Part shown: piece after piece, positions 39,873-48,643 of the stretch
How the letters are laid out: every line of letters starts with the position of its first letter
Position numbering within the stretch: the stretch's first letter is position 1
UHGV virus genome: UHGV-0286546
Reading direction: 5' to 3' (one strand)
DNA length: 64,000 bases
Source: a virus
Translations under genes and position numbers: made by a program
Notes under the pieces: generated by a model
Databases searched by the model: none
Told to the model about the DNA's origin: nothing
Seen by the model: only the letters and a program-made list of their open reading frames with translations

Positions 39873-40902
39873 TATTTAATAAAAAGTAAGGTTTTAAAAA
39901 TTCTTTAGTTTTTTCTAAGTCAATATCTTTTTTCTTAAATATAAAAAAATCATATAAGGTAAAGGGATCAACAATAATACACACTGGAATACTAGGATAA
40001 CCAATATAAAGAGAAGATAGTAATTGTTTATAAGATAAGCTACAAACAAAATGTCCATCGTTTGTTAATTTTAAAACGATTACTTCTCTGGGTAAATTTT
40101 CAGCCATATCTTTACAACAAAAGTTTAAATTTGTTTGATTTAATTCAACATGGCCTATAAATGCTTTGTTTGTAATATTGTAGTGTAATATCTTATTTTC
40201 AATTATAATGTTTCTATATAATTCTTTAGGTAAATTAGTATAAAGAGCATAATGTTCAAAATATCCTTCTTTTTCCGGAGGAGGAATTAAAGTATAATAT
40301 TCTTTTTTTAAAATTGACCAAATAGCTTTTTCTGGTAAGTATTTAAATTCTAATTTTGGAATTTCAAAATCTTTTTTACATTTATTTAAACAAGGAGGTA
40401 TATTTTCACACAAATCCATATTAAATAATAATATAGTTACATCTAATTCTCCTCTTATTTGTAAAAAATGTTTTATTACTTGAGGAAGTTGTAACGTATC
40501 TTTATTTCCATAATAATTTAATCCACATTCTTGTCTGCTTAATAATTCATTTAACGCTTCTTCTGTAATCGGTTCATATTCAGTTATATTTATATTTTTA
40601 AATTGTTTTAAATCTTCATATTTTAAAGTAATTGATAAATATTCAGATTTTGAACACCAATCCAATAGATCATTTTTAGCAATATTTATTTTTTTGTATG
40701 AAAAGTCTAAATTATCTAAATCTAAAGCTAGTTTTCTAACTAAGTATTTTAAATAATTTATTTGATTTGAATATGTTTCAACAGTCCAATCTTTAGGTTC
40801 CGCATAAATATCATCTCCTTCTTCATATGAAATAGAAGGATTGTATCTTAAATTTTTATCTTCTAATATTGAAATAGGTAAAGCTTTTGCTATTTTAAGC
40901 AT
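39865..40902 (-). CDS. Hypothetical protein (345 aa) in rSAM operon
   Basis: Complete ORF overlapping the downstream rSAM gene by 8 nt. Contains scattered Cys (CCKDMAENLPREVIVLKLTNDGHFVCSLSY...) but no rSAM motif. Confidence 0.35.
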   Translation of the reverse strand: MLKIAKALPISILEDKNLRYNPSISYEEGDDIYAEPKDWTVETYSNQINYLKYLVRKLALDLDNLDFSYKKINIAKNDLLDWCSKSEYLSITLKYEDLKQFKNINITEYEPITEEALNELLSRQECGLNYYGNKDTLQLPQVIKHFLQIRGELDVTILLFNMDLCENIPPCLNKCKKDFEIPKLEFKYLPEKAIWSILKKEYYTLIPPPEKEGYFEHYALYTNLPKELYRNIIIENKILHYNITNKAFIGHVELNQTNLNFCCKDMAENLPREVIVLKLTNDGHFVCSLSYKQLLSSLYIGYPSIPVCIIVDPFTLYDFFIFKKKDIDLEKTKEFLKPYFLLNND

Positions 40903-40904
40903 GG

Positions 40905-41660
40905 TTATTTCTCAGTAATTAAATTTTCTACATCTGATACAAATTCTGACCAGTTTTCTTGACCCATTCCGTATAATAACACCGAAAAAGGAGTAAATTT
41001 AAGAATAGTATCAAATAATTCGTTGTTATCTTCTGTAAAAATACTTTTATAAAAAACAGGAGTATCGTTTTCTAAAGTATCATAAATAAACATGAAGTAT
41101 TGGTTACGTATAATATCACATATTGAATTATTAAAGAGTTTATCCTCAACCGTTTCTATTTCATTAAAATCTAATTTTTCATTTTTATTAAAATCTAATC
41201 TAGAAATAGGATATAAAGGTAATGAAATAATAAATCGATTGATTTCTTTTAAATAATCTTTATTGTTTTTTATAAAGTTTTCAATTTCTTCGTTTGTTAA
41301 AATACTTTCAATTGGAAAATCTTGTTGATTATAAAAACCTATAATTTTTATCCAAGTGTTAGTACATTCTTCAAATATATATTCTATATCCCCTTTCAAA
41401 TAATACAATAAAAATTGTTCTTTAAAAGAATATTCAGTATTTGAAAAATCTAAATCTATATTTGAATATCCAGTGTTCCTTAAATAAATATATGTAACTC
41501 TAATATTATCCTCTTCGTTTATATTTGGATAATTGAGGTTAGACATATCTATAATGGCACCATGTTCAGAAATATCTGTCATTTGATTTATATCGTAAGG
41601 TAACCCTGTTTTAATTTGCATAATATTATCTACGTCCTCTATTTGAATAACAACTTCCAT
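40905..41660 (-). CDS. Hypothetical acidic protein (251 aa) in rSAM operon
   Basis: Complete ORF. No motif. Confidence 0.3.
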   Translation of the reverse strand: MEVVIQIEDVDNIMQIKTGLPYDINQMTDISEHGAIIDMSNLNYPNINEEDNIRVTYIYLRNTGYSNIDLDFSNTEYSFKEQFLLYYLKGDIEYIFEECTNTWIKIIGFYNQQDFPIESILTNEEIENFIKNNKDYLKEINRFIISLPLYPISRLDFNKNEKLDFNEIETVEDKLFNNSICDIIRNQYFMFIYDTLENDTPVFYKSIFTEDNNELFDTILKFTPFSVLLYGMGQENWSEFVSDVENLITEK

Positions 41661-42318
41661 GACAATTATTATGACATGTATAGAAATTATAAACTAATCC
41701 TCCCGCACTAAAACATTGTGATTGCCAGGTGTTATAACAGTTTGAAATTGTATTGTTCATTGAATTAGCAGAAGCTAGACCTTCTTTTACAATTTCAGTA
41801 GGAGGTGTAACATTAGGAGCTGTATTACCTTTTCTTTCCCAAAATTCCGTTTTAGATTGATTACCATCAGCACCACCAGGAACAGCAGGAAAAGCAGTAT
41901 TAAAAATACCACCACCACTTATACTTTGGATTAAATTTCTTGTACCTTCAGTTTTATGATACCAGTTTGTAGTAAAATAACGAATTTTACTTAAGGTTCG
42001 TACTATTCTTAGCATATTATCCCAAAGAGTAGAAGCTGTAATAATTTGATCAGAAATAGTCCAAGTTGGTTGTGCATCTATAGCAGCTAATTGATTACCA
42101 GGCATTGCAACAGGATTAGTCCAGCCTAATGTTGCCCAGTTTCCATTGTTACCTGTTTTACCATAATAAGCAGTACCTGTAAAATAAGGAATGTTACCAC
42201 TATGATATTGAATTTTACTATAAATAGTTGCTGTAACTCTAGTATTGAATTCGTTAATAGCACCGATTAAATTATCTCTAGAAACTTTTACAATAAGTTG
42301 TTGTGCTGGAATTGTCAT
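41626..42318 (-). CDS. Gly/Asn/Thr-rich protein with C-terminal 6-Cys tail; candidate rSAM substrate
   Basis: 230 aa. The last 38 aa are NCYNTWQSQCFSAGGLVYNFYTCHNNCHGSCYSNRGRR (6 Cys, a basic terminus). Embedded between rSAM genes. Confidence 0.4.
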   Translation of the reverse strand: MTIPAQQLIVKVSRDNLIGAINEFNTRVTATIYSKIQYHSGNIPYFTGTAYYGKTGNNGNWATLGWTNPVAMPGNQLAAIDAQPTWTISDQIITASTLWDNMLRIVRTLSKIRYFTTNWYHKTEGTRNLIQSISGGGIFNTAFPAVPGGADGNQSKTEFWERKGNTAPNVTPPTEIVKEGLASANSMNNTISNCYNTWQSQCFSAGGLVYNFYTCHNNCHGSCYSNRGRR

Positions 42319-42319
42319 T

Positions 42320-43243
42320 TTAATTAACCTTCATTTTATTTAACAAATAATATAGCCCTGAACAATACGGTTTATCGATTTCAATTAGATGCTCTGCTTT
42401 ACATTTAGTGAAATATTTACAGTCTTTACAATTTTTATTATACCAAATCTTTTCTTCGTTACAAAAATCTTTCCACTGCTGCAAGGTTTGAAATTCAACC
42501 GGATACTCTATACTTTCTTTATATTTAATTGAACTGAAATTGCCGTTTGGATTAAGAAAAACGAAACTATCTGCTAAAGGTGAATACTTTGAATCTCTTA
42601 GAATTATTTCATTACAAATAGTAAATTTATAATTATGTTTATTCTTTTCATGTATAATTTTATCTAAAAATAAAATATAATCCTTTGTAGTAATATTATA
42701 AACTTTTTTTGAATAAATTGAAGGATGATACTGTATAAAATTTACATCAAAACCCAATTCTTCATACATGTCTAGCAAAGTAAAAATGTTTTCGTTGAGT
42801 AATGACGGTAAAACGACAACAGATAAACTAATTATTGGTAAATGTTTAAAGTTTTTTAAATTTAACAATGTTTTTTCATAAAAAGGTCTTTCCTTATTTA
42901 AGGATATACCACAATTACAATTATTTAATAAACAGAATTCTAAAATTTTAGTATTAGAAAAATTTGTAATAAAGGTAGGTTTTATATTTTTTATTAATTG
43001 ATACAAATCATATAAATACGAATCATCTAATAAAGATATTTCTCCACCATATATTGTAGAGCTTTCAATTATATATTCTTTTTGTAATTCAGTTAATCTA
43101 GTTGATAATTTTTCCAAAGATAATAAATTTTTATTTTTTGTTAAATTACCTAAATAACAGTATTCACAACTGTAATTACAATAAAAAGAAGGCATAATAG
43201 AAATATTACTTAATGTTTTTAGCATTTTTATATTCTTCGACAA
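42320..43243 (-). CDS. Radical SAM enzyme with Cys-rich C-terminus (family B)
   Basis: CNYSCEYC near the N-terminus, YGGEISLL, and a C-terminal CNEEKIWYNKNCKDCKYFTKCKAEHLIEIDKPYCSG. Confidence 0.85.
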   Translation of the reverse strand: MSKNIKMLKTLSNISIMPSFYCNYSCEYCYLGNLTKNKNLLSLEKLSTRLTELQKEYIIESSTIYGGEISLLDDSYLYDLYQLIKNIKPTFITNFSNTKILEFCLLNNCNCGISLNKERPFYEKTLLNLKNFKHLPIISLSVVVLPSLLNENIFTLLDMYEELGFDVNFIQYHPSIYSKKVYNITTKDYILFLDKIIHEKNKHNYKFTICNEIILRDSKYSPLADSFVFLNPNGNFSSIKYKESIEYPVEFQTLQQWKDFCNEEKIWYNKNCKDCKYFTKCKAEHLIEIDKPYCSGLYYLLNKMKVN

Positions 43244-44291
43244 AATTATTGTTGTTTTCTAAAAATTCGTACAATTGTTTAAAAGGACAATTTGTAGTTT
43301 TATAATTTTTGTATAGAATAGAAGTCCAACAAAAGCGTGGACATTGCATAAAGTATTTACAGTAGACGCATCCTCTTTTATTTTTACCTAAATTTGCTTT
43401 TATTTGTGAAACATTGTCTTCTGATATTTTTAAATTTCCATAAAAGTCTTCGTTTGGTAAAATAGATGATGTTTTTACACAGTTATATGTTACGCAATCT
43501 TTACACGCAGAAAGATGCTTATGACAACCACATATAAATTCTTTTTCTCTTTCTGGAAAACAAAAACTGTTTAAAATTTTTTGTAAATCTAATATATTAT
43601 AAAATTTATTGATTAAACAGGTTTTAAAGAATAAGAAAAGATCATCGTCACTAGGTAAGAGAGTTTTCCAGTTTATATTTGGAATGTAATAATTAATGTC
43701 TATTTTTTGTGTAAATTGTAAGTTTTGTAAATGGGTTAAATTATTACAATATTCAAGTATATTAGGTTTTGTAAGTGTAATTGATATTTCTTCCAATAGA
43801 TTAAGAGAATTAAAGTACTTTGCATTTGTTAGCATTAAATTTTTTTGTTCTTCTGTTTTAAATCTATCTATTGGATCGTAACTTATATTTAATTTACTGT
43901 TTGTATCGTGTAATAGTTTTAAAACTCTATCAGTCTTTTTATATACACCATTAGATACCCATAAAAAGATTAAAGTAATATCTGGAAAGACTTCTTTGAA
44001 TACTTTTTTGAAATTTGAAATTAGTTTCCTATATTCATCAAAAAGGGTATCCGGTAAAGCATCATAAAATAGTTCACCACCCCACATTCTAATAGCAATC
44101 TCTTTTGTATTTGGATATTTTTTATATTCTTCTTTAAATCTATCCACTAAAAGTTGAGGTATAGAATGAATCCAATTTAAATCTATTTTAGTATTTTCAT
44201 GCGCTTCTAAACAAAATTTGCATCTTAAATTACAAGCTTCGAATAAAATACAATCAAAACCAAAACGTATATCTTGAGAACTAGTAACCAT
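43206..44291 (-). CDS. Radical SAM enzyme with SPASM-like domain (family B, tandem paralog 1)
   Basis: CNLRCKFC, WGGELFY, and a C-terminal region with at least 9 Cys (ICGCHKHLSACKDCVTYNCV...GCVYCKYFMQCPRFC). Confidence 0.85.
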   Translation of the reverse strand: MVTSSQDIRFGFDCILFEACNLRCKFCLEAHENTKIDLNWIHSIPQLLVDRFKEEYKKYPNTKEIAIRMWGGELFYDALPDTLFDEYRKLISNFKKVFKEVFPDITLIFLWVSNGVYKKTDRVLKLLHDTNSKLNISYDPIDRFKTEEQKNLMLTNAKYFNSLNLLEEISITLTKPNILEYCNNLTHLQNLQFTQKIDINYYIPNINWKTLLPSDDDLFLFFKTCLINKFYNILDLQKILNSFCFPEREKEFICGCHKHLSACKDCVTYNCVKTSSILPNEDFYGNLKISEDNVSQIKANLGKNKRGCVYCKYFMQCPRFCWTSILYKNYKTTNCPFKQLYEFLENNNNFVEEYKNAKNIK

Positions 44292-45393
44292 TTCGCCAAT
44301 CCAAATAATCTATTAAAACTTCTTTATTGTTTTCAATATACTCATAAACTCTTTTATAAGGACAAATCGTAGGTTTAAACTTATTAAAAACAATTGCAAT
44401 CCAACAAAACATTTGACATCTGTTGTAATACTTACATGTTAAGCATCCTCTTTTTTGTAAACCTAGGGTTGCTTTTATCTTATTTGTATTTTCTTCTGTA
44501 ATGTTTTGTGTATATTCACCATAAAAACTTTCGCGTGGTAATAAAGAACTGCAAGTTGCACAATCTACACTCCATTCACCGTGTGTAATTTGAGAACAAT
44601 ATTGACAATCACAATATTTCGAAATGTTATCTTTACAGAAATATTGGAATAGCCTTTCTAATACTTTAATTTCATATAATTTGTTTTTAATAGCCCATTC
44701 AAAAAAGCTAAATATCTCTTCGTCAGTTGGCAGCAATTCTTCCCAGTTTGGATTTGCGATATAATAATTTAAATCTATATTATATCCGAGTTCTTTGAAA
44801 TACTTTAAATGTGATTTATCATTTATAAAAGCTTGAATTGAAGATTTTGTTAAAGTAATTGATATTTTCTTACCAACATTATTTTCTTTAAAATATTTAG
44901 CAGATTCTAGCATAGTATTCAATTGAGTTTTAGTTTTAAATCTATTACAAGGATCATAACTCAAATTGATTATACCTTTTGAATAATTTACTAGATCTAA
45001 TACTCTTTTTCTTTTATTGAATACTCCGTTAGAAAGCCAAGAGAACAGAATATTAAGTTTAGAGAAATGTAATTTAAAAAGAGAATTTATATTATCAACA
45101 AATTTATAATAACTATTAAAAATTTCATCCGATAAAGAATCGAAAAAGATTTCTCCTCCCCATAACATTAAATATACAGTTTTTATAGAAGGATATTTTT
45201 CATATTCTTTTCTAAAATTATCATAAATAATGGTATGTAAATTTTCAATGTATTTAGTATCTATCTTTTTGTTTATGTGTGATTCAAAACAAAAATTACA
45301 TTTTAGATTACAATTTTCAAAAAACATACAGGCAATTTCATATGATTCTGGCTCTTTGTAAAAAGGTATAATTGGAGGAGTTACTTTTTCCAT
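44281..45393 (-). CDS. Radical SAM enzyme with SPASM-like domain (family B, tandem paralog 2)
   Basis: CNLKCNFC, WGGEIFF. Collinear similarity to 43206-44291 throughout (e.g. LSWLSNGVFNKRKRVLDL vs LWVSNGVYKKTDRVLKL). Cys-rich C-terminus. Confidence 0.85.
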   Translation of the reverse strand: MEKVTPPIIPFYKEPESYEIACMFFENCNLKCNFCFESHINKKIDTKYIENLHTIIYDNFRKEYEKYPSIKTVYLMLWGGEIFFDSLSDEIFNSYYKFVDNINSLFKLHFSKLNILFSWLSNGVFNKRKRVLDLVNYSKGIINLSYDPCNRFKTKTQLNTMLESAKYFKENNVGKKISITLTKSSIQAFINDKSHLKYFKELGYNIDLNYYIANPNWEELLPTDEEIFSFFEWAIKNKLYEIKVLERLFQYFCKDNISKYCDCQYCSQITHGEWSVDCATCSSLLPRESFYGEYTQNITEENTNKIKATLGLQKRGCLTCKYYNRCQMFCWIAIVFNKFKPTICPYKRVYEYIENNKEVLIDYLDWRNGY

Positions 45394-46457
45394 TGTAAAT
45401 ACCTCTTAATAATATCTGGATTATTCTTTATATACTGTCTTATTTTTCTATGCGGGCATTCTTGTAAAATGTAATCTTCATGACAAAGCTGCATCCAACA
45501 GTACATACTACAATTATTATAATGTTCACATAAAAAACAATTTCTTTTTGTCATACCTTTCTTAGTTATATATTCTACTGCATCTTCTTCTTTTATATGT
45601 TTAAAATCTTTTCCATAAAATTGAATTAAATCTAAAGAAGGAATATAAACATTACAGCTATAATGTAATTTATTTTCATAAAAAATGACTGTATTTTTAC
45701 AATTACATGCTTTCGTTATTTTTTTATTTGAGTCTAAAGTATTTTCAAGTAAACTTTGTAAATAAATACAATTAAAAATGTCATTATCTAATAAAGTCTT
45801 AAAGAATATAAAAATATCTTCGTCTGTCGGTAGTAAAAAATCTTTATTTTTTGTTGGTACATAGTTATTGATATCTAAGTTTATATTTTCAAATACTTTT
45901 AGCTGTTTTGGATCTTCAACATAGTTTTTTATTGCAGGTTTTGTTAAGGTAATAGCAACGTTTTCGATTAAATTGTTATTTTTTAATTCATTGAAGTTAT
46001 TTATAAATAATGATCTTTGTTTTTTTGAAGTAAAGCGTCCAAAGGAATCATAAGATAGGGTTATCTTAGAATTTATATCTTTTAAAAAGTTTATTACTCT
46101 TTCTATATTATTATAAATACCATTTGACATTACATGACATTGTATTTTAATTTTATGAGTAGAGTACTGAGATAAAATGATATCTTTGTAGGCATTTATA
46201 AATTCATCAGAAATGCTATCTTGAAATAGTTCGCCACCTCGAATAGAAAGTTTTAAGATTTTAGTGTTTGGATGTTTTTTTAAGAGTGCTGATATAAGTA
46301 AATTTAGCCTATTAGGTAAACTCTTTAAATAATCTATACTTATTTCTTTTTGTGTATGATTTTGAAAACAATGTAGACAATTTAAATTACATTTTTCTAA
46401 CAGTACACAATCTATTGAAAGAGTATTATTTTTTAATGTTTCGTAATCTATATTCAT
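45381..46457 (-). CDS. Radical SAM enzyme with Cys-rich C-terminus (family B, tandem paralog 3)
   Basis: CNLNCLHC, RGGELFQ. Same architecture as the two preceding genes. C-terminal CNCKNT...CFLCEHYNNCSMYCW. Confidence 0.85.
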   Translation of the reverse strand: MNIDYETLKNNTLSIDCVLLEKCNLNCLHCFQNHTQKEISIDYLKSLPNRLNLLISALLKKHPNTKILKLSIRGGELFQDSISDEFINAYKDIILSQYSTHKIKIQCHVMSNGIYNNIERVINFLKDINSKITLSYDSFGRFTSKKQRSLFINNFNELKNNNLIENVAITLTKPAIKNYVEDPKQLKVFENINLDINNYVPTKNKDFLLPTDEDIFIFFKTLLDNDIFNCIYLQSLLENTLDSNKKITKACNCKNTVIFYENKLHYSCNVYIPSLDLIQFYGKDFKHIKEEDAVEYITKKGMTKRNCFLCEHYNNCSMYCWMQLCHEDYILQECPHRKIRQYIKNNPDIIKRYLQWKK

Positions 46458-47244
46458 GATAAAGTGTTTTTGGAAAACTACATTCTTTTTGTAAAATGCA
46501 AGGCTTACAAATATTTGCCAGCTTACAACTTAAACATTGTTGTAAAACATTAGTTTGTGTATATTGGGGACATCCCTTTTTCAATATTCCACTCGGTGTT
46601 AAGGTATATGTTTTAGAACAATCACAATTCCAATCAATTAAATTTTCGAATAAAAGATTTTTAAATGAAAACGACCAATCTTTAGATATTTTACATAACC
46701 AATTATCAACTCTTTCGTAAAATTCAGCTTTTTTAGAATTATCAACTAATTGTTCAAATTTTACACCAGTTATAGACTTTATCTTATCCAGTTTACTCAA
46801 TATTGTTAAAAAGGTATTATAATCACAATTTATTAAGTCTTCCGTTAAAGTAATTAAAATAATACAAGAAAGGTTGTATTGTTCCAATAGTTTTAAATTG
46901 TCTATCCAAATATCAAATTGTTTCGGGGTGAATCTAGTTTGATTCCAAGAGGTAGCAATATCTAAATCATAATCTTTTATTAATTTTAGAGAAGTTGCAT
47001 TTAATAATAATAGATTGGTTGAAATAGAGCTTATTTTTTTTGTTTCTAGGATAGGTATTAATTTTTCTTGTAGTAACAACGGTTCTCCACCAAACAGTAT
47101 CCCACGGTCGAAAAAAAGTGTCTTTAATTGTGATATAAATACAGATTCATTATATCTTTCTACTTTTTTATGTAATTCGCAGTGTGGACAGTCTAAATTA
47201 CAAGAGTATGTTGGAATGATGTATAATTCTTTTATAGTTTCCAT
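46426..47244 (-). CDS. Radical SAM enzyme (family B, shorter, 272 aa)
   Basis: CNLDCPHC, FGGEPLL. C-terminal CDCSKT...CPQYTQTNVLQQCLSCKLANICKPCILQKEC. Confidence 0.85.
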   Translation of the reverse strand: METIKELYIIPTYSCNLDCPHCELHKKVERYNESVFISQLKTLFFDRGILFGGEPLLLQEKLIPILETKKISSISTNLLLLNATSLKLIKDYDLDIATSWNQTRFTPKQFDIWIDNLKLLEQYNLSCIILITLTEDLINCDYNTFLTILSKLDKIKSITGVKFEQLVDNSKKAEFYERVDNWLCKISKDWSFSFKNLLFENLIDWNCDCSKTYTLTPSGILKKGCPQYTQTNVLQQCLSCKLANICKPCILQKECSFPKTLYHEYRLRNIKK

Positions 47245-48188
47245 CCTGTCCTCATAATTATTTCTTTTCTTTTGAGCATTTCTGCGCAGTGATTTTTAGT
47301 TTGCTTGTTTGTGTTTCTTAAAGAGGTACAGGCATTACACAAATTACACAATTCACAGGTCAAGCATTTTTCACTTAATAAAGTATTTATATCTAATTTT
47401 TCTTTAGTTGGTATTACTTTTTTTGTGTCGAGTGGTAAAGTCAAGCCAGAAGTTCCACAATCTTCACACCAACTGTATGTAATTTCATTTGTATTAGATA
47501 GCCAAAATGCTCGAATGGTTGATTTACAGGAGAGATTGGTATTAAAGTTACATCCTCCATTATAAAATTGTATTTTGGTATCTTGATATTTATCTAATCC
47601 TAATTCTTTAGCTTTTAACCATATATCAATCATTTTATATAAAGGATAAAAATTTTTTGATTTACCAAGAGCTAACGTCATGTTTAATTTACATTTGGTG
47701 TTTAATTTTTTGGCTAAATGTAAGTGATCTAATGCTTGTTTTTCGTTTGCATTGTTTATAAGACTGATAAAAGGTGGTACATATCCAATTCTTTCTTTGA
47801 ACATAGTCATGACTTTAATAAACATTTCTTCGGTATATGGTGTATTTTTATCCCACAATCTATCATTACCATATTGAAAAGAAGTACCAATGCCTAACCT
47901 TTTATTTTTAAATAGATTTTCCCATTTCTCGGGATAAAAATAAAAATCCTTTAAATTCGTTGTAAAAGCAATGTTAAATTCACCGAGTGTTAGTATTTCT
48001 TCGTAATAACTTGGATTAACACATAAAGGATCACCACCAGTAAATATTAATCCATCTGGTTTTATAGTATTAATTACTTTTTTTAATTCTTCTGGAACTT
48101 TTGTCTGATGTTTTATATTAAGAAGACCAGCACTACAGAAAGTACAATTAAAGTTACAGCGACCAGTCGGTTTTATTATTAGTTCCAT
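47232..48188 (-). CDS. Radical SAM enzyme with SPASM-like domain (family B)
   Basis: CNFNCTFC, FTGGDPL. C-terminal CEDCGTSG...CLTCELCNLCNACTS...HC. Confidence 0.85.
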   Translation of the reverse strand: MELIIKPTGRCNFNCTFCSAGLLNIKHQTKVPEELKKVINTIKPDGLIFTGGDPLCVNPSYYEEILTLGEFNIAFTTNLKDFYFYPEKWENLFKNKRLGIGTSFQYGNDRLWDKNTPYTEEMFIKVMTMFKERIGYVPPFISLINNANEKQALDHLHLAKKLNTKCKLNMTLALGKSKNFYPLYKMIDIWLKAKELGLDKYQDTKIQFYNGGCNFNTNLSCKSTIRAFWLSNTNEITYSWCEDCGTSGLTLPLDTKKVIPTKEKLDINTLLSEKCLTCELCNLCNACTSLRNTNKQTKNHCAEMLKRKEIIMRTGWKL

Positions 48189-48639
48189 CGATTAGAAATT
48201 CCTTTTTAAAGTAATTTATTGTCTTAAGTATAGAGTTATATTGCCAGATGTTTCCTATTTTTAGGAGAATTTTGTCATATTCTTTTTTATATTTACTGTA
48301 TTTGTAGTCTTTAAAATATTTATCATCTGGTAGTAAGTCGTCATCATCTAATGCTTCATAAAAAGGTACTTTAAAAAATTCTTCTAAACATTTAGCATAA
48401 ATAATGGCTACAAATATAGTTTTTGCTGGATAGACTAATTTAGATTCTGTTTTAAAAAATTTAATTACTTGATTAGGTATGTTTTTATAATTAACCGTAT
48501 AAGGTAAATTTATATCATCCCACTCATGTAATAAATATGATAATTGTCTTTTTTCTAATAGAGTTTTATTCATGTTTACTAGAACTTTAGAGTTTAGTTC
48601 TATTATAATAAGATCTTTAAAATATATTGGGATATACAA
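48154..48639 (-). CDS. Hypothetical protein, first gene of minus-strand rSAM operon (161 aa; start uncertain)
   Basis: The track ORF starts at a TTG at 48639 with no obvious Shine-Dalgarno. An internal ATG at 48571-48573 is an alternative start. No motif. Confidence 0.3.
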   Translation of the reverse strand: MYIPIYFKDLIIIELNSKVLVNMNKTLLEKRQLSYLLHEWDDINLPYTVNYKNIPNQVIKFFKTESKLVYPAKTIFVAIIYAKCLEEFFKVPFYEALDDDDLLPDDKYFKDYKYSKYKKEYDKILLKIGNIWQYNSILKTINYFKKEFLIDGTNNKTDWSL

Positions 48640-48643
48640 ATAA

